This document shows positions 10,936-20,467 of a stretch of DNA of 64,000 nucleotides, in pieces; positions within the stretch are counted from its first letter, which is position 1; each line of letters opens with the position of its first letter. This DNA comes from Spirochaetota bacterium (GTDB lineage Bacteria; Spirochaetota; UBA4802; UBA5368): the NCBI GenBank assembly GCA_004297825.1, contig SCSX01000060.1, forward strand, positions 7,631 to 71,630, given 5' to 3'. The position numbers were made by a program, and so were the translations under genes. The notes under the pieces are model-generated. The model was not told where the DNA came from. It worked only from the letters and a program-made list of their open reading frames with translations, and did no database searches.

Positions 10936-11574
10936 TTATTTGGAGAATTCTATTTTTAATTTAAGTTTGAGCTCGTTTACCAAATCACTTTCCAATTTTT
11001 TCATAGCCAACGCATTGCGCTCATTGGACAGCGAGGTGCGAATTTCAGCCAGGGCTTGTTTCCTGGAGAGCCCCATCTTTGAATAAATCTCCACGTTCTT
11101 TTTATAAACTTCTTCAATCTCTGCGTTGGCGACAGGCGCCCACAGGGATTCGGAATTATGCTCTTCAAGTTGTTTCTTTAGGTAATACTTAACTATCGCG
11201 TCACGGATACTAACCCAGATAAACATGTCAAATTCGGGCGATTTAAATGTACCATCCTCGATGGCCTTATGGATAATCAGAGTCTGATTCAGAATATTAT
11301 CCAGGTAGAGTGCTGCGAGCCCCTTATCCGATAAATTCTTTTCGCGTTCTACCGGGTCGGAAAGCCATTTAATTAAGAATTCACGCTCGCGGTCAACCTG
11401 CGCACGGGTGAGCGTATATCGGTTATCTATCTTTACCGCCCATGGCGCCGAAGGCGGTACTTTGTGATACTCATCATTGAACCGGGATTCAATATCACTG
11501 GTGAGTGTTGACTGGCCGCACGAGAATAAGAGGAAGCTGAATACGATGATCGGGACTTTTAACAGTCTTTTCAT
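10936..11574 (-). CDS. Hypothetical lipoprotein (start chosen at MKRLLKVP; ORF extends to 11640)
   Basis: Signal peptide with lipobox LFSCGQ. Soluble alpha-rich remainder. No recognisable family. Confidence 0.45.
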   Translation of the reverse strand: MKRLLKVPIIVFSFLLFSCGQSTLTSDIESRFNDEYHKVPPSAPWAVKIDNRYTLTRAQVDREREFLIKWLSDPVEREKNLSDKGLAALYLDNILNQTLIIHKAIEDGTFKSPEFDMFIWVSIRDAIVKYYLKKQLEEHNSESLWAPVANAEIEEVYKKNVEIYSKMGLSRKQALAEIRTSLSNERNALAMKKLESDLVNELKLKLKIEFSK

Positions 11575-11811
11575 TGGCAGACACACAATATAGAGGATAG
11601 TTTCGTCGGATTCTACGTCATAGTGAATCCTAATGAACACTATTCACTATTCATTGTGCTGAATAGTGTCAATCATTATTATTCATTGAAATATGAATTT
11701 TAACTTGTATTTAGTAATAATTGCCTCAGCATGATTGCGTATCGTGGATTATTCAAATGCCTTAATATGTGGTTTCATTTTCTGAGCGATATTCATTCTC
11801 TGGAGTGCAAC

Positions 11812-12411
11812 ATGAGTTATAGAAAAGTGATAATTGCAATCCTTTATATCCTGTGTGCTGGTTGTTCAACCATGGGTAAAATTGAAATCAGTAATGAAGC
11901 TCAGGGAGGAATTAAGCGATACACATTACGGCAGCACCACATAGCAGAAGAGCGCATGCCGGGCTTCTGGTCTCCTAATTATCGAGCACTCATAACATAC
12001 TCCCGCACATCCGTCTCGGCAAAAACTGAACCCGTACCCGTCCTTTTTCAAATTCGAGCATGTCAGGAATGTGCTCCCCTTGCCGCTACCGCGGTGTTGA
12101 CGGTTAACGACAAAGACTATATTCTCCCTTTGGAAGAAATCACGACGTCGGACAAATCAGATGCGTATACTCAATCGCATTTTAAATCCGGTGGAGGGGG
12201 AACCGTCGATTATTCCAAGCCGACCGGTTCAACGACGACAACGACTTTTTATCGAATTCTAAAAGCAAGAACCGTGATACCGGCGGATTTAAAACCAGAA
12301 TTGCAGTCGGCTCAGGGAGTGACCTATACATTTCATTCGGGGGATAATGCGATAACGATTAAGCTTTCAGAAAGCGAGTTGATGACATTGAAAGAGCTGC
12401 TACATTATTAG
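11812..12411 (+). CDS. Hypothetical lipoprotein (start chosen at MSYRKV; ORF begins 11731)
   Basis: Signal peptide with lipobox LCAGCS. No recognisable domain. Confidence 0.45.
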   Translation: MSYRKVIIAILYILCAGCSTMGKIEISNEAQGGIKRYTLRQHHIAEERMPGFWSPNYRALITYSRTSVSAKTEPVPVLFQIRACQECAPLAATAVLTVNDKDYILPLEEITTSDKSDAYTQSHFKSGGGGTVDYSKPTGSTTTTTFYRILKARTVIPADLKPELQSAQGVTYTFHSGDNAITIKLSESELMTLKELLHY

Positions 12412-12782
12412 GGTCCGCTTTCAACGACCCCGACTCCGGAAACCAATCTCCAAAATACAACAGAACTACCAACTCCGTCTAGAAACCCTCCAATCACATC
12501 CTTCGCACCAAACTCGCACCACCGTCGCTCCATAGTCACTTTCGCTTTCCTGCGGCTTGAAAATTTGCTTTGAAAACCCTATACAACATAAATGCATGCA
12601 TGTTCATAAAAAACCCGGGAATTGTTCAGAACAGCTTCACAATTAATAAACGTGAAAAAAATTATAAAAATATTCCGGAAAATTTTATTAATCCCGCCCG
12701 GCAATCGTATTCAAGATAACGGTTCAACCGTTAAATCAAATTTACAGGGAGGCTCACCATTAGCACCATTAAACTCAATTCA

Positions 12783-13385
12783 ATGCTGGACGACGTACGT
12801 AAAAAAATGGGGTCGGTTGTCTATTCCAAGTGGAAAGGCATCAATTACGCGAGGACCTACTCTAAACCTACCGGGGAACCCACGGAGAAGCAGCAGAATA
12901 TCCGCAATGCCTTTGGCAAGCTGGTGCAGGACTGGAAGCAGTTGAACGGGGTCATGCACCTGGGCTGGGAGACCTACGCGGAGAACAGGAACCTGACCGG
13001 ATTTAACGCCTTTATCGGCGCCAATTCGGCCAACCAGAAGAAGGGCTTGCCCCTGCGGCTTTTTCGCGAGATGGGAGAAGAGTCTCTCATGAACTTCACC
13101 GTCGTGCCCGGAGCCGCCGCCGGCGAGATCAGCGTTTCATTTCTCAGAACCGAGGAAATCGCCGGCCGGCACGTCACATTCTTCACCCAGAAAAAGGTGA
13201 ATGGACTGGCCCAGGGAAAGTTCCGCCGCTACGACGGCGGGGTCGATACCGCGCCGCCCTTCACCATATCGGGCCTGGAGGCGGGGCAGGAGTATTTCGT
13301 GTATGGAGTGGTCACCGACTCCGCATTCGGAACTGCCGCGAAGGCGTCCGAGTCCGACTCGGCCGTATGCGCGGCGGGGGCGTAA
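12783..13385 (+). CDS. Hypothetical protein with fibronectin-III-like C-terminal segment
   Basis: 200-aa ORF at the low-GC to high-GC transition. C-terminal TISGLEAGQEYFVYGV resembles an FN3 strand pattern. Followed by a clean intrinsic terminator. Confidence 0.4.
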   Translation: MLDDVRKKMGSVVYSKWKGINYARTYSKPTGEPTEKQQNIRNAFGKLVQDWKQLNGVMHLGWETYAENRNLTGFNAFIGANSANQKKGLPLRLFREMGEESLMNFTVVPGAAAGEISVSFLRTEEIAGRHVTFFTQKKVNGLAQGKFRRYDGGVDTAPPFTISGLEAGQEYFVYGVVTDSAFGTAAKASESDSAVCAAGA

Positions 13386-13458
13386 ACAGTTACTTTTTAT
13401 CATGTCGTGCCACCGGAGCGTTCAAGGATGAATGCTTCCGGCGGGTACGCCTTTTATG

Positions 13459-13500
13459 GAAGATGGGGATTGAATAGACCCCCATCTTCTCTTTTTCTCC
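13459..13500 (+). terminator. Rho-independent terminator
   Basis: Perfect 10-bp stem gaagatgggg / ccccatcttc (13459-13468 / 13480-13489) around a 10-nt loop, followed by tctttttctcc. Confidence 0.65.
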
Positions 13501-13687
13501 CATGAAGTGCGCCCACGGTAAAGGCGCTTCCCCCCGGCCGATCCGCGCCCGATACGGGCACTGTAAAAAGTGTTGACACGCGAACGGTAAAATGAATATA
13601 GTTCATTTACTGAACAGAATTACCATTAATTGCAACTAAATAACGGTACCGCGCTTCAAGGGCGGCCGGGCTAACCGGGGTGAACAC

Positions 13688-14524
13688 ATGTACGACGATC
13701 TGAAGGGCAAGGCAGCACTGGTGACGGGATCTGGGAAAAAGAGCGGGATAGGGTACGCGATCGCGCACAAGCTCGCCACGTGCGGTATGAACATCGTGGT
13801 CGCCGACCTGGGCGACGGGAGCGGGAAGGGCGCCATAATCTCAACCGCTACGGGAGGGGAGATGGAGGAGGTCGCGCGTTCCCTTGAGCGCGAAACGGGC
13901 GTTAAGGCGTTTGCCTGCGCGTGCGACATCACGGACGCCGCGTCGGTCGCGGGGCTGGCCGCGTTCGTGAAAGAGCGCTTCGCCCGTCTCGACGTGCTGT
14001 GTAACAACGCGGGGGCTTCGTTCGGCGTACCCAACTCCTTCCTGGGCTACGACGAGGCCGCATGGATGAAAACGATCGACGTGAACCTGCACGGGGTGTT
14101 CAAAACGAGCAGGGCGCTCCTCCCCCTCATGCTGGGCGCACCGGCGAGCATCATCAACACGGCGTCGCGCGCCGGGAAAGTCCCGCCCATCTTCAACGGT
14201 GCGTACGCGGTCGCGAAGGCAGGGGTCATCATGCTCTCCAAGATTATGGCGAAGGAGCTCGCGGGCGCGGGCGTGCGGGTGAACGCGATCTGCCCCGCGC
14301 AGATCGATACCGACCTGGAGCGCTGGAGGTTCGGCCTCGAGGCGCAAGTGTACAACTCGACCGTCGAGGAGCGCGAGAAGGAAATGTGCAAGACCATTCC
14401 CCTGGGAAGGCTGGGAACGCCGGGTGAGGTCGCGGACCTCGTGGCATTCCTGGCGTCCAGGGAATCGGCATACGTGACCGGGCAGGCCATCAATATCTGC
14501 GGCGGCCAGCTTATGGAGCTTTAG
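13688..14524 (+). CDS. SDR-family oxidoreductase (3-oxoacyl-ACP reductase-like)
   Basis: TGSGKKSGIGYAIA glycine-rich NAD(P)-binding motif, NNAG, and catalytic YxxxK (YAVAKAG). Confidence 0.85.
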   Translation: MYDDLKGKAALVTGSGKKSGIGYAIAHKLATCGMNIVVADLGDGSGKGAIISTATGGEMEEVARSLERETGVKAFACACDITDAASVAGLAAFVKERFARLDVLCNNAGASFGVPNSFLGYDEAAWMKTIDVNLHGVFKTSRALLPLMLGAPASIINTASRAGKVPPIFNGAYAVAKAGVIMLSKIMAKELAGAGVRVNAICPAQIDTDLERWRFGLEAQVYNSTVEEREKEMCKTIPLGRLGTPGEVADLVAFLASRESAYVTGQAINICGGQLMEL

Positions 14525-14603
14525 ACAACCTCGCCGTTGTCATCCGGGAGCGCTGCGAAATGGGCGATCCCGGCGGAATAGGAAAGGAAACCGTAGAAAG
14601 GGA

Positions 14604-15452
14604 ATGACCGTGGAGGAACCCGACATGTCGAATAAACGATTCGAGGGAAAAGTTGCGCTCATCACCGGGGGCGCAAGCGGCATAGGCTTCGCGATGGCGG
14701 AGCGTTTCGGGAGCGAGGGGGCGCGCGTTGCGCTCCTGGACCGGGACGCGGGGGCGCTCGCGCGGGCGGAGGCCAACCTGAAAGGAATGGGAATCGATGT
14801 CCTGGGGATTCGCTGCGACGTAACGAACGCGCGAAGCTCGGCCGCGGCGGTGAAGAAGGCGATCAAGCGCTTTGGCGGCATAGACGTGCTCGCGGCGAAC
14901 GCGGGCATCACGCAGAGGAGCCTGTGCGCGGATACGAGCCCGGAGGTGTACCGGCGCGTGATGGACGTGAATTTTTTTGGAGCGGTGAACTGCACGCTCC
15001 CGGCGCTTCCTTCGCTCATAACACGCAAGGGCGTCATCGTCGTCACGACGAGCGTCGCCGGGGTCGCGCCGCTGTACGGCCGCACCGGGTACGCCGCGAG
15101 CAAGCACGCCCTGCACGGGTTTTACGAATCGCTGCGCACCGAGCTCGCGGAACACGGCGTGCGCATCCTCATGCTCTGCCCGGGGTTCACGTCCACGAAC
15201 CTCCAGAAGAGCGCGCTTGACGGGAAGGGCCGCCTCAATACCGGCGACCGGAGCGTCCCGGGCGGCGAGGACTCGCCCGCGCACGTCGCCGCCGCCGTGA
15301 GCGACGCCGTCGCGTCCGGGAAACGGATGCTCGTGCTCACGACCACGGGAAAGCTCAGCTACCTGATCGCACGCCTTATTCCCGCGCTGTACGACCGCCT
15401 CATGACGAAAAAGATACGACCCGAATTCATGCCGGGGCCCCGCGGGGCCTGA
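14604..15452 (+). CDS. SDR-family oxidoreductase
   Basis: TGGASGIGFAMA, NAG, YAASKHAL (YxxxK), PG motif. Classical SDR. Confidence 0.85.
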   Translation: MTVEEPDMSNKRFEGKVALITGGASGIGFAMAERFGSEGARVALLDRDAGALARAEANLKGMGIDVLGIRCDVTNARSSAAAVKKAIKRFGGIDVLAANAGITQRSLCADTSPEVYRRVMDVNFFGAVNCTLPALPSLITRKGVIVVTTSVAGVAPLYGRTGYAASKHALHGFYESLRTELAEHGVRILMLCPGFTSTNLQKSALDGKGRLNTGDRSVPGGEDSPAHVAAAVSDAVASGKRMLVLTTTGKLSYLIARLIPALYDRLMTKKIRPEFMPGPRGA

Positions 15453-15681
15453 TCCCAATCTTTATCTCCTCAATCGCCTTTGCCTCTATCTCCGCCATCT
15501 CCCTTTCCTTTGACGTTACATGCGTATCGGCCCCCTTGTCCTTTCCCGGCGTCCCTTTCCCGAAAAATCCTTGTTGCAATCGGGGGCGTTTCGTTCTATC
15601 AGGGATGCGCGACCCCGGGCGCACCGGCCACGGGACCGCCAAACCCGCGCGCCGGGCACGGACATATACAGGTACTGACAC

Positions 15682-16308
15682 ATGAAAACGAGGTTGAGGC
15701 GGGACAAGGAACGGGAAGAGCGGCGGGGGCAGATACTCAACGCCGCCCGGACGCTCATGTTCGAAAAGGGGATCGCCTCGGCGACCATGCAGCGCATCGC
15801 GACGCTCGGGGGAATGTCGGTAGGGACCATCTACCTGTACTTCGAGAGCAAGGAGGAGGTGTTCGCCGCGCTCCAGGAAGAGGGACTCGACCTTCTGGGA
15901 GAGCGCATCACCCGGGCCGTCGAATCCGCGGACGGTCCCGAGGACGGGATTCGACGCATGGCCGGCGCCTACCTCGCCTTCAGCGTGGAGAACAAGAAAT
16001 ACTTCGACATCATCAACTACTTTTTATCGGCGCCTGACGTCCTCTTCCCACCGCGACTTAAAAAGCGCATCGACACGCACGGCAACAAGATCCTCGAGTC
16101 GGTGGTGAAGGCGGTCGTGGCGGGGACCGAATCCGGAATTTTCAGCCGCACCGATCCACGGCACGCGGCGGTCGCGTTCTGGGGCGTGCTGCACGGGCTC
16201 ATCCAGTTCAAGAAACTCAAGAACACCATCCTGCGCGGCGACGATCTGGCGGAGGTTTACCGGAGCGCGGTCGAACTGTACATCAACGGGCTTCGCGCGA
16301 AGGGGTGA
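15682..16308 (+). CDS. TetR/AcrR-family transcriptional regulator
   Basis: N-terminal HTH (ILNAARTLMFEKGIASATMQRIATLGGMSVGTIYLYFESKEEVF) followed by an alpha-helical ligand domain. Confidence 0.85.
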   Translation: MKTRLRRDKEREERRGQILNAARTLMFEKGIASATMQRIATLGGMSVGTIYLYFESKEEVFAALQEEGLDLLGERITRAVESADGPEDGIRRMAGAYLAFSVENKKYFDIINYFLSAPDVLFPPRLKKRIDTHGNKILESVVKAVVAGTESGIFSRTDPRHAAVAFWGVLHGLIQFKKLKNTILRGDDLAEVYRSAVELYINGLRAKG

Positions 16309-16315
16309 GCCGGTT

Positions 16316-18088
16316 TCAGGAAGGGGCCCGGTTTCCCGGACGGGCATCGCCGCGGGCGCGCTCTTTCGCCCGGTAATTCGTGGGACTCGTTTTCATCCGC
16401 TTCGCGAACGCGCGGTTGAAGGTGCGCAGGCTGTTGAACCCCGAATGGAACGCGATTTCGATCACGGTTTTTTCGGTTTCGGCCAGCATGCGCGTCGAAT
16501 TCCGAAGCCTTGCCTCGCTCACGTACTCGACAACGGTTTTCCCCGTACAGAGATGGAATGACCGGCTCAGCTGGTCCGGCGTCAGTCCCACGGCCAGGGC
16601 TATGTCGTCCCGCGTGATGTCCTGGGCATAATTCTCATCGATGAAGGCCGTTACGCGCTTGATCTTCTCCTCGGCAGATACCACGCGGCGCACGATCAGC
16701 TTCGTCTTTTCCTCCAGCGAACGATAGAGAACATACCGGTTTCTTTCGAGCCGCAGGTTCAGGGCGATATACGAAGCGACGAACAGCGACCCGATCGCGG
16801 TGGCCTGAACGAAGAGGAGGTTCGGGGCCGCGATGAAGGCAAGGAGCGCGGCAACGCTGCCGGCGAGCAGGAACATGCGCAGCGCGCTTTCAAAAACGCT
16901 CATCTTAATGTAGGGGTCCCAATTGTTTCCCGAAACGAAACGCATTCCGATGAGAAGCGAACGGGCCAGCATGCACATGACGATGACCATGACAAAGAAC
17001 GATCCGCGGACGGTGAAATCGTTTCCCAACTGGTTTTCGGGAAGCATGCATGCGAAGAGAAAATACCCGCAGAAAAAAAACGGGTGGGATATCATGCCCA
17101 GCGTGATGCGCAACACAGTCCTGGGTCCCGATGAATGGACGACCCGCGCGGAAAACGTGTCCTGGTGCAACAGGAGTATCAGCGCGGTAAGCCCGAAATA
17201 GAGAATGGGGACATGGTACCGCACGGGGACCAGCCCCGGCAGAAGGAAGATGTCCTTGACGGTCAATTCGAAAAATGAAAACAGGAAAAAAGACCCGAGC
17301 GTGGCGAGGCTGCATAAATACTTAAACGACTCTTCCTGCGTAAGCAGGTACGATACGGGGCGCCGTCCAAGAACCGTTTGAACGAAATAGACCGGGTTGA
17401 GCCCGTTCGCCGCGCGCTTCACCATGTACCTGAAATCCGGTTTTGCCGACCTGGTTATGAGCCGCAAGATCAGATAGGCAATCAGGAACCCGATGAAGGT
17501 CATGGAAACGAGGCGGGGCGTATCGTTCTGGAGGGAAAGCTTCACCGCCCGCTTGCTGAGAATATCGTACCCCGCGATTTCAGGGGGATAGTCGCCCACC
17601 AGTCCGCCGCGCCCGGAATGATCGAAGACCTTCACCTCGATGATGTTCGGCTCCTCGTACCTGGTCGCGCTCTGCGGAATGGGGTAGACCCTGGGGGTGC
17701 GCCACGCGGGGATGAATCCCCGGTTTCCCGCGCCTTCGCCCGGAAACACGCCCGTCGCCCCGATGAGGACACCGTTGAACCGGGTTTCGTCCGCGTCGTC
17801 GGCTCCCTGGATGAAGAGGGCCAATTGTGTACGGGCCAACGAGCGCGGTAGACTTACCCGGGTGCGGTACGTACCGTACCCATCATACCGGCTCGCGCCG
17901 ATCCCCCCTTTTTCGGCCGGGAAATCCCACGGGACGGGGCCCGAGGGGAGGGGGCCGTTTCCGATATCGACGGTCCATTCCCGGAGTATGACGCGGGGGG
18001 TTTCCGCGCGCTCTGCTTCGGACGCGCACGAGATGAAAATTACTGAAAGATACAGAATGATGAACGTTATAGATTTAATACCATGCAT
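16316..18088 (-). CDS. 7TMR-DISM-type membrane receptor fused to AraC-family HTH regulator
   Basis: 590 aa. Lipoprotein-like signal (FISCAS), an extracellular domain of about 170 aa, seven hydrophobic helices, and a C-terminal AraC HTH (SRSFHLCTGKTVVEYVSEARLRNSTRMLAETEKTVIEIAFHSGFNSLRTFNRAFAKRMKTSPTNYR). Confidence 0.7.
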   Translation of the reverse strand: MHGIKSITFIILYLSVIFISCASEAERAETPRVILREWTVDIGNGPLPSGPVPWDFPAEKGGIGASRYDGYGTYRTRVSLPRSLARTQLALFIQGADDADETRFNGVLIGATGVFPGEGAGNRGFIPAWRTPRVYPIPQSATRYEEPNIIEVKVFDHSGRGGLVGDYPPEIAGYDILSKRAVKLSLQNDTPRLVSMTFIGFLIAYLILRLITRSAKPDFRYMVKRAANGLNPVYFVQTVLGRRPVSYLLTQEESFKYLCSLATLGSFFLFSFFELTVKDIFLLPGLVPVRYHVPILYFGLTALILLLHQDTFSARVVHSSGPRTVLRITLGMISHPFFFCGYFLFACMLPENQLGNDFTVRGSFFVMVIVMCMLARSLLIGMRFVSGNNWDPYIKMSVFESALRMFLLAGSVAALLAFIAAPNLLFVQATAIGSLFVASYIALNLRLERNRYVLYRSLEEKTKLIVRRVVSAEEKIKRVTAFIDENYAQDITRDDIALAVGLTPDQLSRSFHLCTGKTVVEYVSEARLRNSTRMLAETEKTVIEIAFHSGFNSLRTFNRAFAKRMKTSPTNYRAKERARGDARPGNRAPS

Positions 18089-18255
18089 ATCGGCCCTGAA
18101 GTCCGCGAGATGTATGTGATGTCAGCCTGGGGAATTTTTCAGGAACGCCGGCGCTTTGCAAGCATTTTAATGCGGCCGGGGAGGCTGTTACCCGTCATAA
18201 CCGTTATGAGATATCGGGCGCCCGCGAACGGGCGCCCGGGGTGATCGCATCCGGA

Positions 18256-19875
18256 TTACGGCTGGACCGCGATCATCCGCACGGTGCCCATCGCGGTGAG
18301 TTTCTTCATGCCCGTCCCGTTGGGATTAATACTGTAGAGATACTGCTTCTCGTCCGTGTCCGTTCCCAGGAAGAGTATTTTTCCCTCGGGGGTCCAGACC
18401 GGGGAGTCCGGGATCATGGCGGCGTCAACTATCCGGGCAAGCCCCGTTATCGAGCTTGTCCCGAGATCGCCCACATGGAGGCTGATCTCCGGCTCCGAGC
18501 CGCTTTCGCCTTCCTCCGAGGAGGAGGTTTCAGCGGAGTCGCCCGCGTGCACGAGGTAAGCGATTTTCCGGCCGTCATACGACACCGCGGGGTAGCCCTT
18601 GATGATGTCCGGCGAATTCGTGAGTTTCGTTTTTGACGACGCGGTGATCCTGAAAATATCCGACGTATATGAGTCCTCCGACGCTTCCGTGATTCCCGCA
18701 ATAATAAGGCTCGCATTGCCCGGCTCCCATGACCAGCCCAGGGGCTCCAGGCCGCCGCCCGGGAGCTTCGTCGAAACCAGGGACGTACCGTCTTCGCTTT
18801 TCGTGAGGAAATAAAGCGAGAGATCGTCGTTCTCGTCCGCGAGCAGCGCGGCGAGCGTGTTTCCGTCGTGCGAAAACGACAGGCCTTCGCACCTCTGGAT
18901 TACCGCAACGAGATTGGCGAGCGATCCGTCGGTGGCGCTGTATTTATAGACGTTACCCGCGATGGCGGGATCCTCCGGCGTGCCCGAAGCGATCATGAAA
19001 TACGCGCTTGCGTCCTGGAACACGCATAACTCATATGCCGACGGGAGCGTCTGGGTAATCTGTTTCAGACCGGTTCCGTCCGTCCACATGGAGTACATTC
19101 CGGAATTCGTACTGTTCTCGGCGTCGTCTACAAGGAAGAAAACCTTCTTCCCTTTCGCCGCCTTCTGCGCCTCTGCGGCGGTTGCCATCGCGCTTTGTAT
19201 GGCGGTGAAATCGACGGCGCCGGGAATGCTCGTGTCGACGAGGACGCTCTCGCCCCCTACCGTTACCGTGAGGCCGGTGTCGCTGAAATCGCTCACCGCG
19301 ACATCCACCAGGTCGAGTATCATATCGAAGCCCGTACCGCTGGCGTTGAATGTGCTGGTGAAAAGATTGAAATCCTGGAGCAGATCCGTCAACCCCGGGT
19401 CCGATGCACACACAGCCCGGAGCATCGAAATATATTTTCCGGCGAACGTTTCCATCGCGGTGATCTGTTCCACGGTCGGCATTGTGATCTCGTCGATCGG
19501 CAGGGCGGCGAGGTCCCGGCCGAAGGCGAAGCTCATGACCTGCGTCGTCAGCGCGGTCGCGTTCACGTTCTCCGTACCCGTTGCGTATGAAACCAGCACC
19601 ACACCGGCCTTCTCGACACGGATGATAAAGGGTGCTTCAAGGCCGCTGATACCCACGGCAAATTTTCCGTAGACGTCCGTCGTCCCCGTGGCCTTCTTTC
19701 CGTTGCAATCCTTGATCGCCACGGCGGCGTTCGCCAGGGCCGCCCCCGTCGCGGCTATTCCGCCCAGCGTAACGGTATCGCCTCCGCCCGGGCCGCCGGC
19801 CCCACCCCCGCCGCCGCACGAGTACATGAACAGCGTTGCTGCCGCAAGCATGCATGAAAGTATTCTGTTGCGCAT
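18256..19875 (-). CDS. Secreted lipoprotein with carboxypeptidase-regulatory-like N-domain and TolB/PD40-like beta-propeller repeats
   Basis: Lipobox MYSCGGGG. A DVYGKFAVGI segment, then repeated SxDG(K/N)xIA(Y/L)/WTPEGKILF blades. Confidence 0.55.
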   Translation of the reverse strand: MRNRILSCMLAAATLFMYSCGGGGGAGGPGGGDTVTLGGIAATGAALANAAVAIKDCNGKKATGTTDVYGKFAVGISGLEAPFIIRVEKAGVVLVSYATGTENVNATALTTQVMSFAFGRDLAALPIDEITMPTVEQITAMETFAGKYISMLRAVCASDPGLTDLLQDFNLFTSTFNASGTGFDMILDLVDVAVSDFSDTGLTVTVGGESVLVDTSIPGAVDFTAIQSAMATAAEAQKAAKGKKVFFLVDDAENSTNSGMYSMWTDGTGLKQITQTLPSAYELCVFQDASAYFMIASGTPEDPAIAGNVYKYSATDGSLANLVAVIQRCEGLSFSHDGNTLAALLADENDDLSLYFLTKSEDGTSLVSTKLPGGGLEPLGWSWEPGNASLIIAGITEASEDSYTSDIFRITASSKTKLTNSPDIIKGYPAVSYDGRKIAYLVHAGDSAETSSSEEGESGSEPEISLHVGDLGTSSITGLARIVDAAMIPDSPVWTPEGKILFLGTDTDEKQYLYSINPNGTGMKKLTAMGTVRMIAVQP

Positions 19876-20206
19876 CTTTGGCCCCCTGTGATTTCCAGTT
19901 GTCCGGCGGGCTTAACCGATCCGGAGCGTCGTATTGACCTGCATTAAAGGCATTAATGCATACGGGCCCGGGCGTGTCTGGTCATTCGTTGCGGACCCAT
20001 GAAATGACCGGCATTTTCTGGATCGCTTCACAGGCCGGAAGGCCGATATACCCGGTCCGGTATATCAACCCCCCGTCCCGATCCATGCGTGAACGGCCTT
20101 TCGGATTTTCACACTCCTTTCCGTTTTCCATCTCCTCGCCGAGCTCATTGAAATGACGGCTTTCCACATAATGTGATTGACGGTTCTCCCCATGCCGTAG
20201 TACCTT

Positions 20207-20467
20207 ATGCCGTGTAGGATGCATTTAACGGACGGAAGGTTTGGAGAAATGGGAACGCGCGAGTATCTTTCCAGAATGAACAAGAGGGCGCTTTCAATTA
20301 CCGATTTGAAATCGGCGCACGACGACGATGTCTCCTACTGGCTTGCAAAACCTCCCCAGGAGCGGTTCATCGCCCTCGAAATCCTTCGAAGGAGGCTATT
20401 CCCCCATGATGCCGTTTCCGGAAGACTTCAAAGACTTCTTGAAATTGCTGAACTCCCACGACGTTGA
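20207..20467 (+). CDS. Small ORF, N-terminal part of a probable split gene for a minimal nucleotidyltransferase (or a small antitoxin-like partner)
   Basis: 86-aa ORF in frame 2 that overlaps the next ORF (frame 0). The two frames meet at a ccccc run (20401-20405). Confidence 0.4.
   Translation: MPCRMHLTDGRFGEMGTREYLSRMNKRALSITDLKSAHDDDVSYWLAKPPQERFIALEILRRRLFPHDAVSGRLQRLLEIAELPRR

Noticed and set aside
14511-15458. 315-aa minus-strand ORF antisense to the second SDR gene (and 13841..14347, 14047..14493 opposite the first)
   Set aside because: GC-rich antisense shadow. The plus-strand SDR motifs (TGxxxGIG, YxxxK) are intact.
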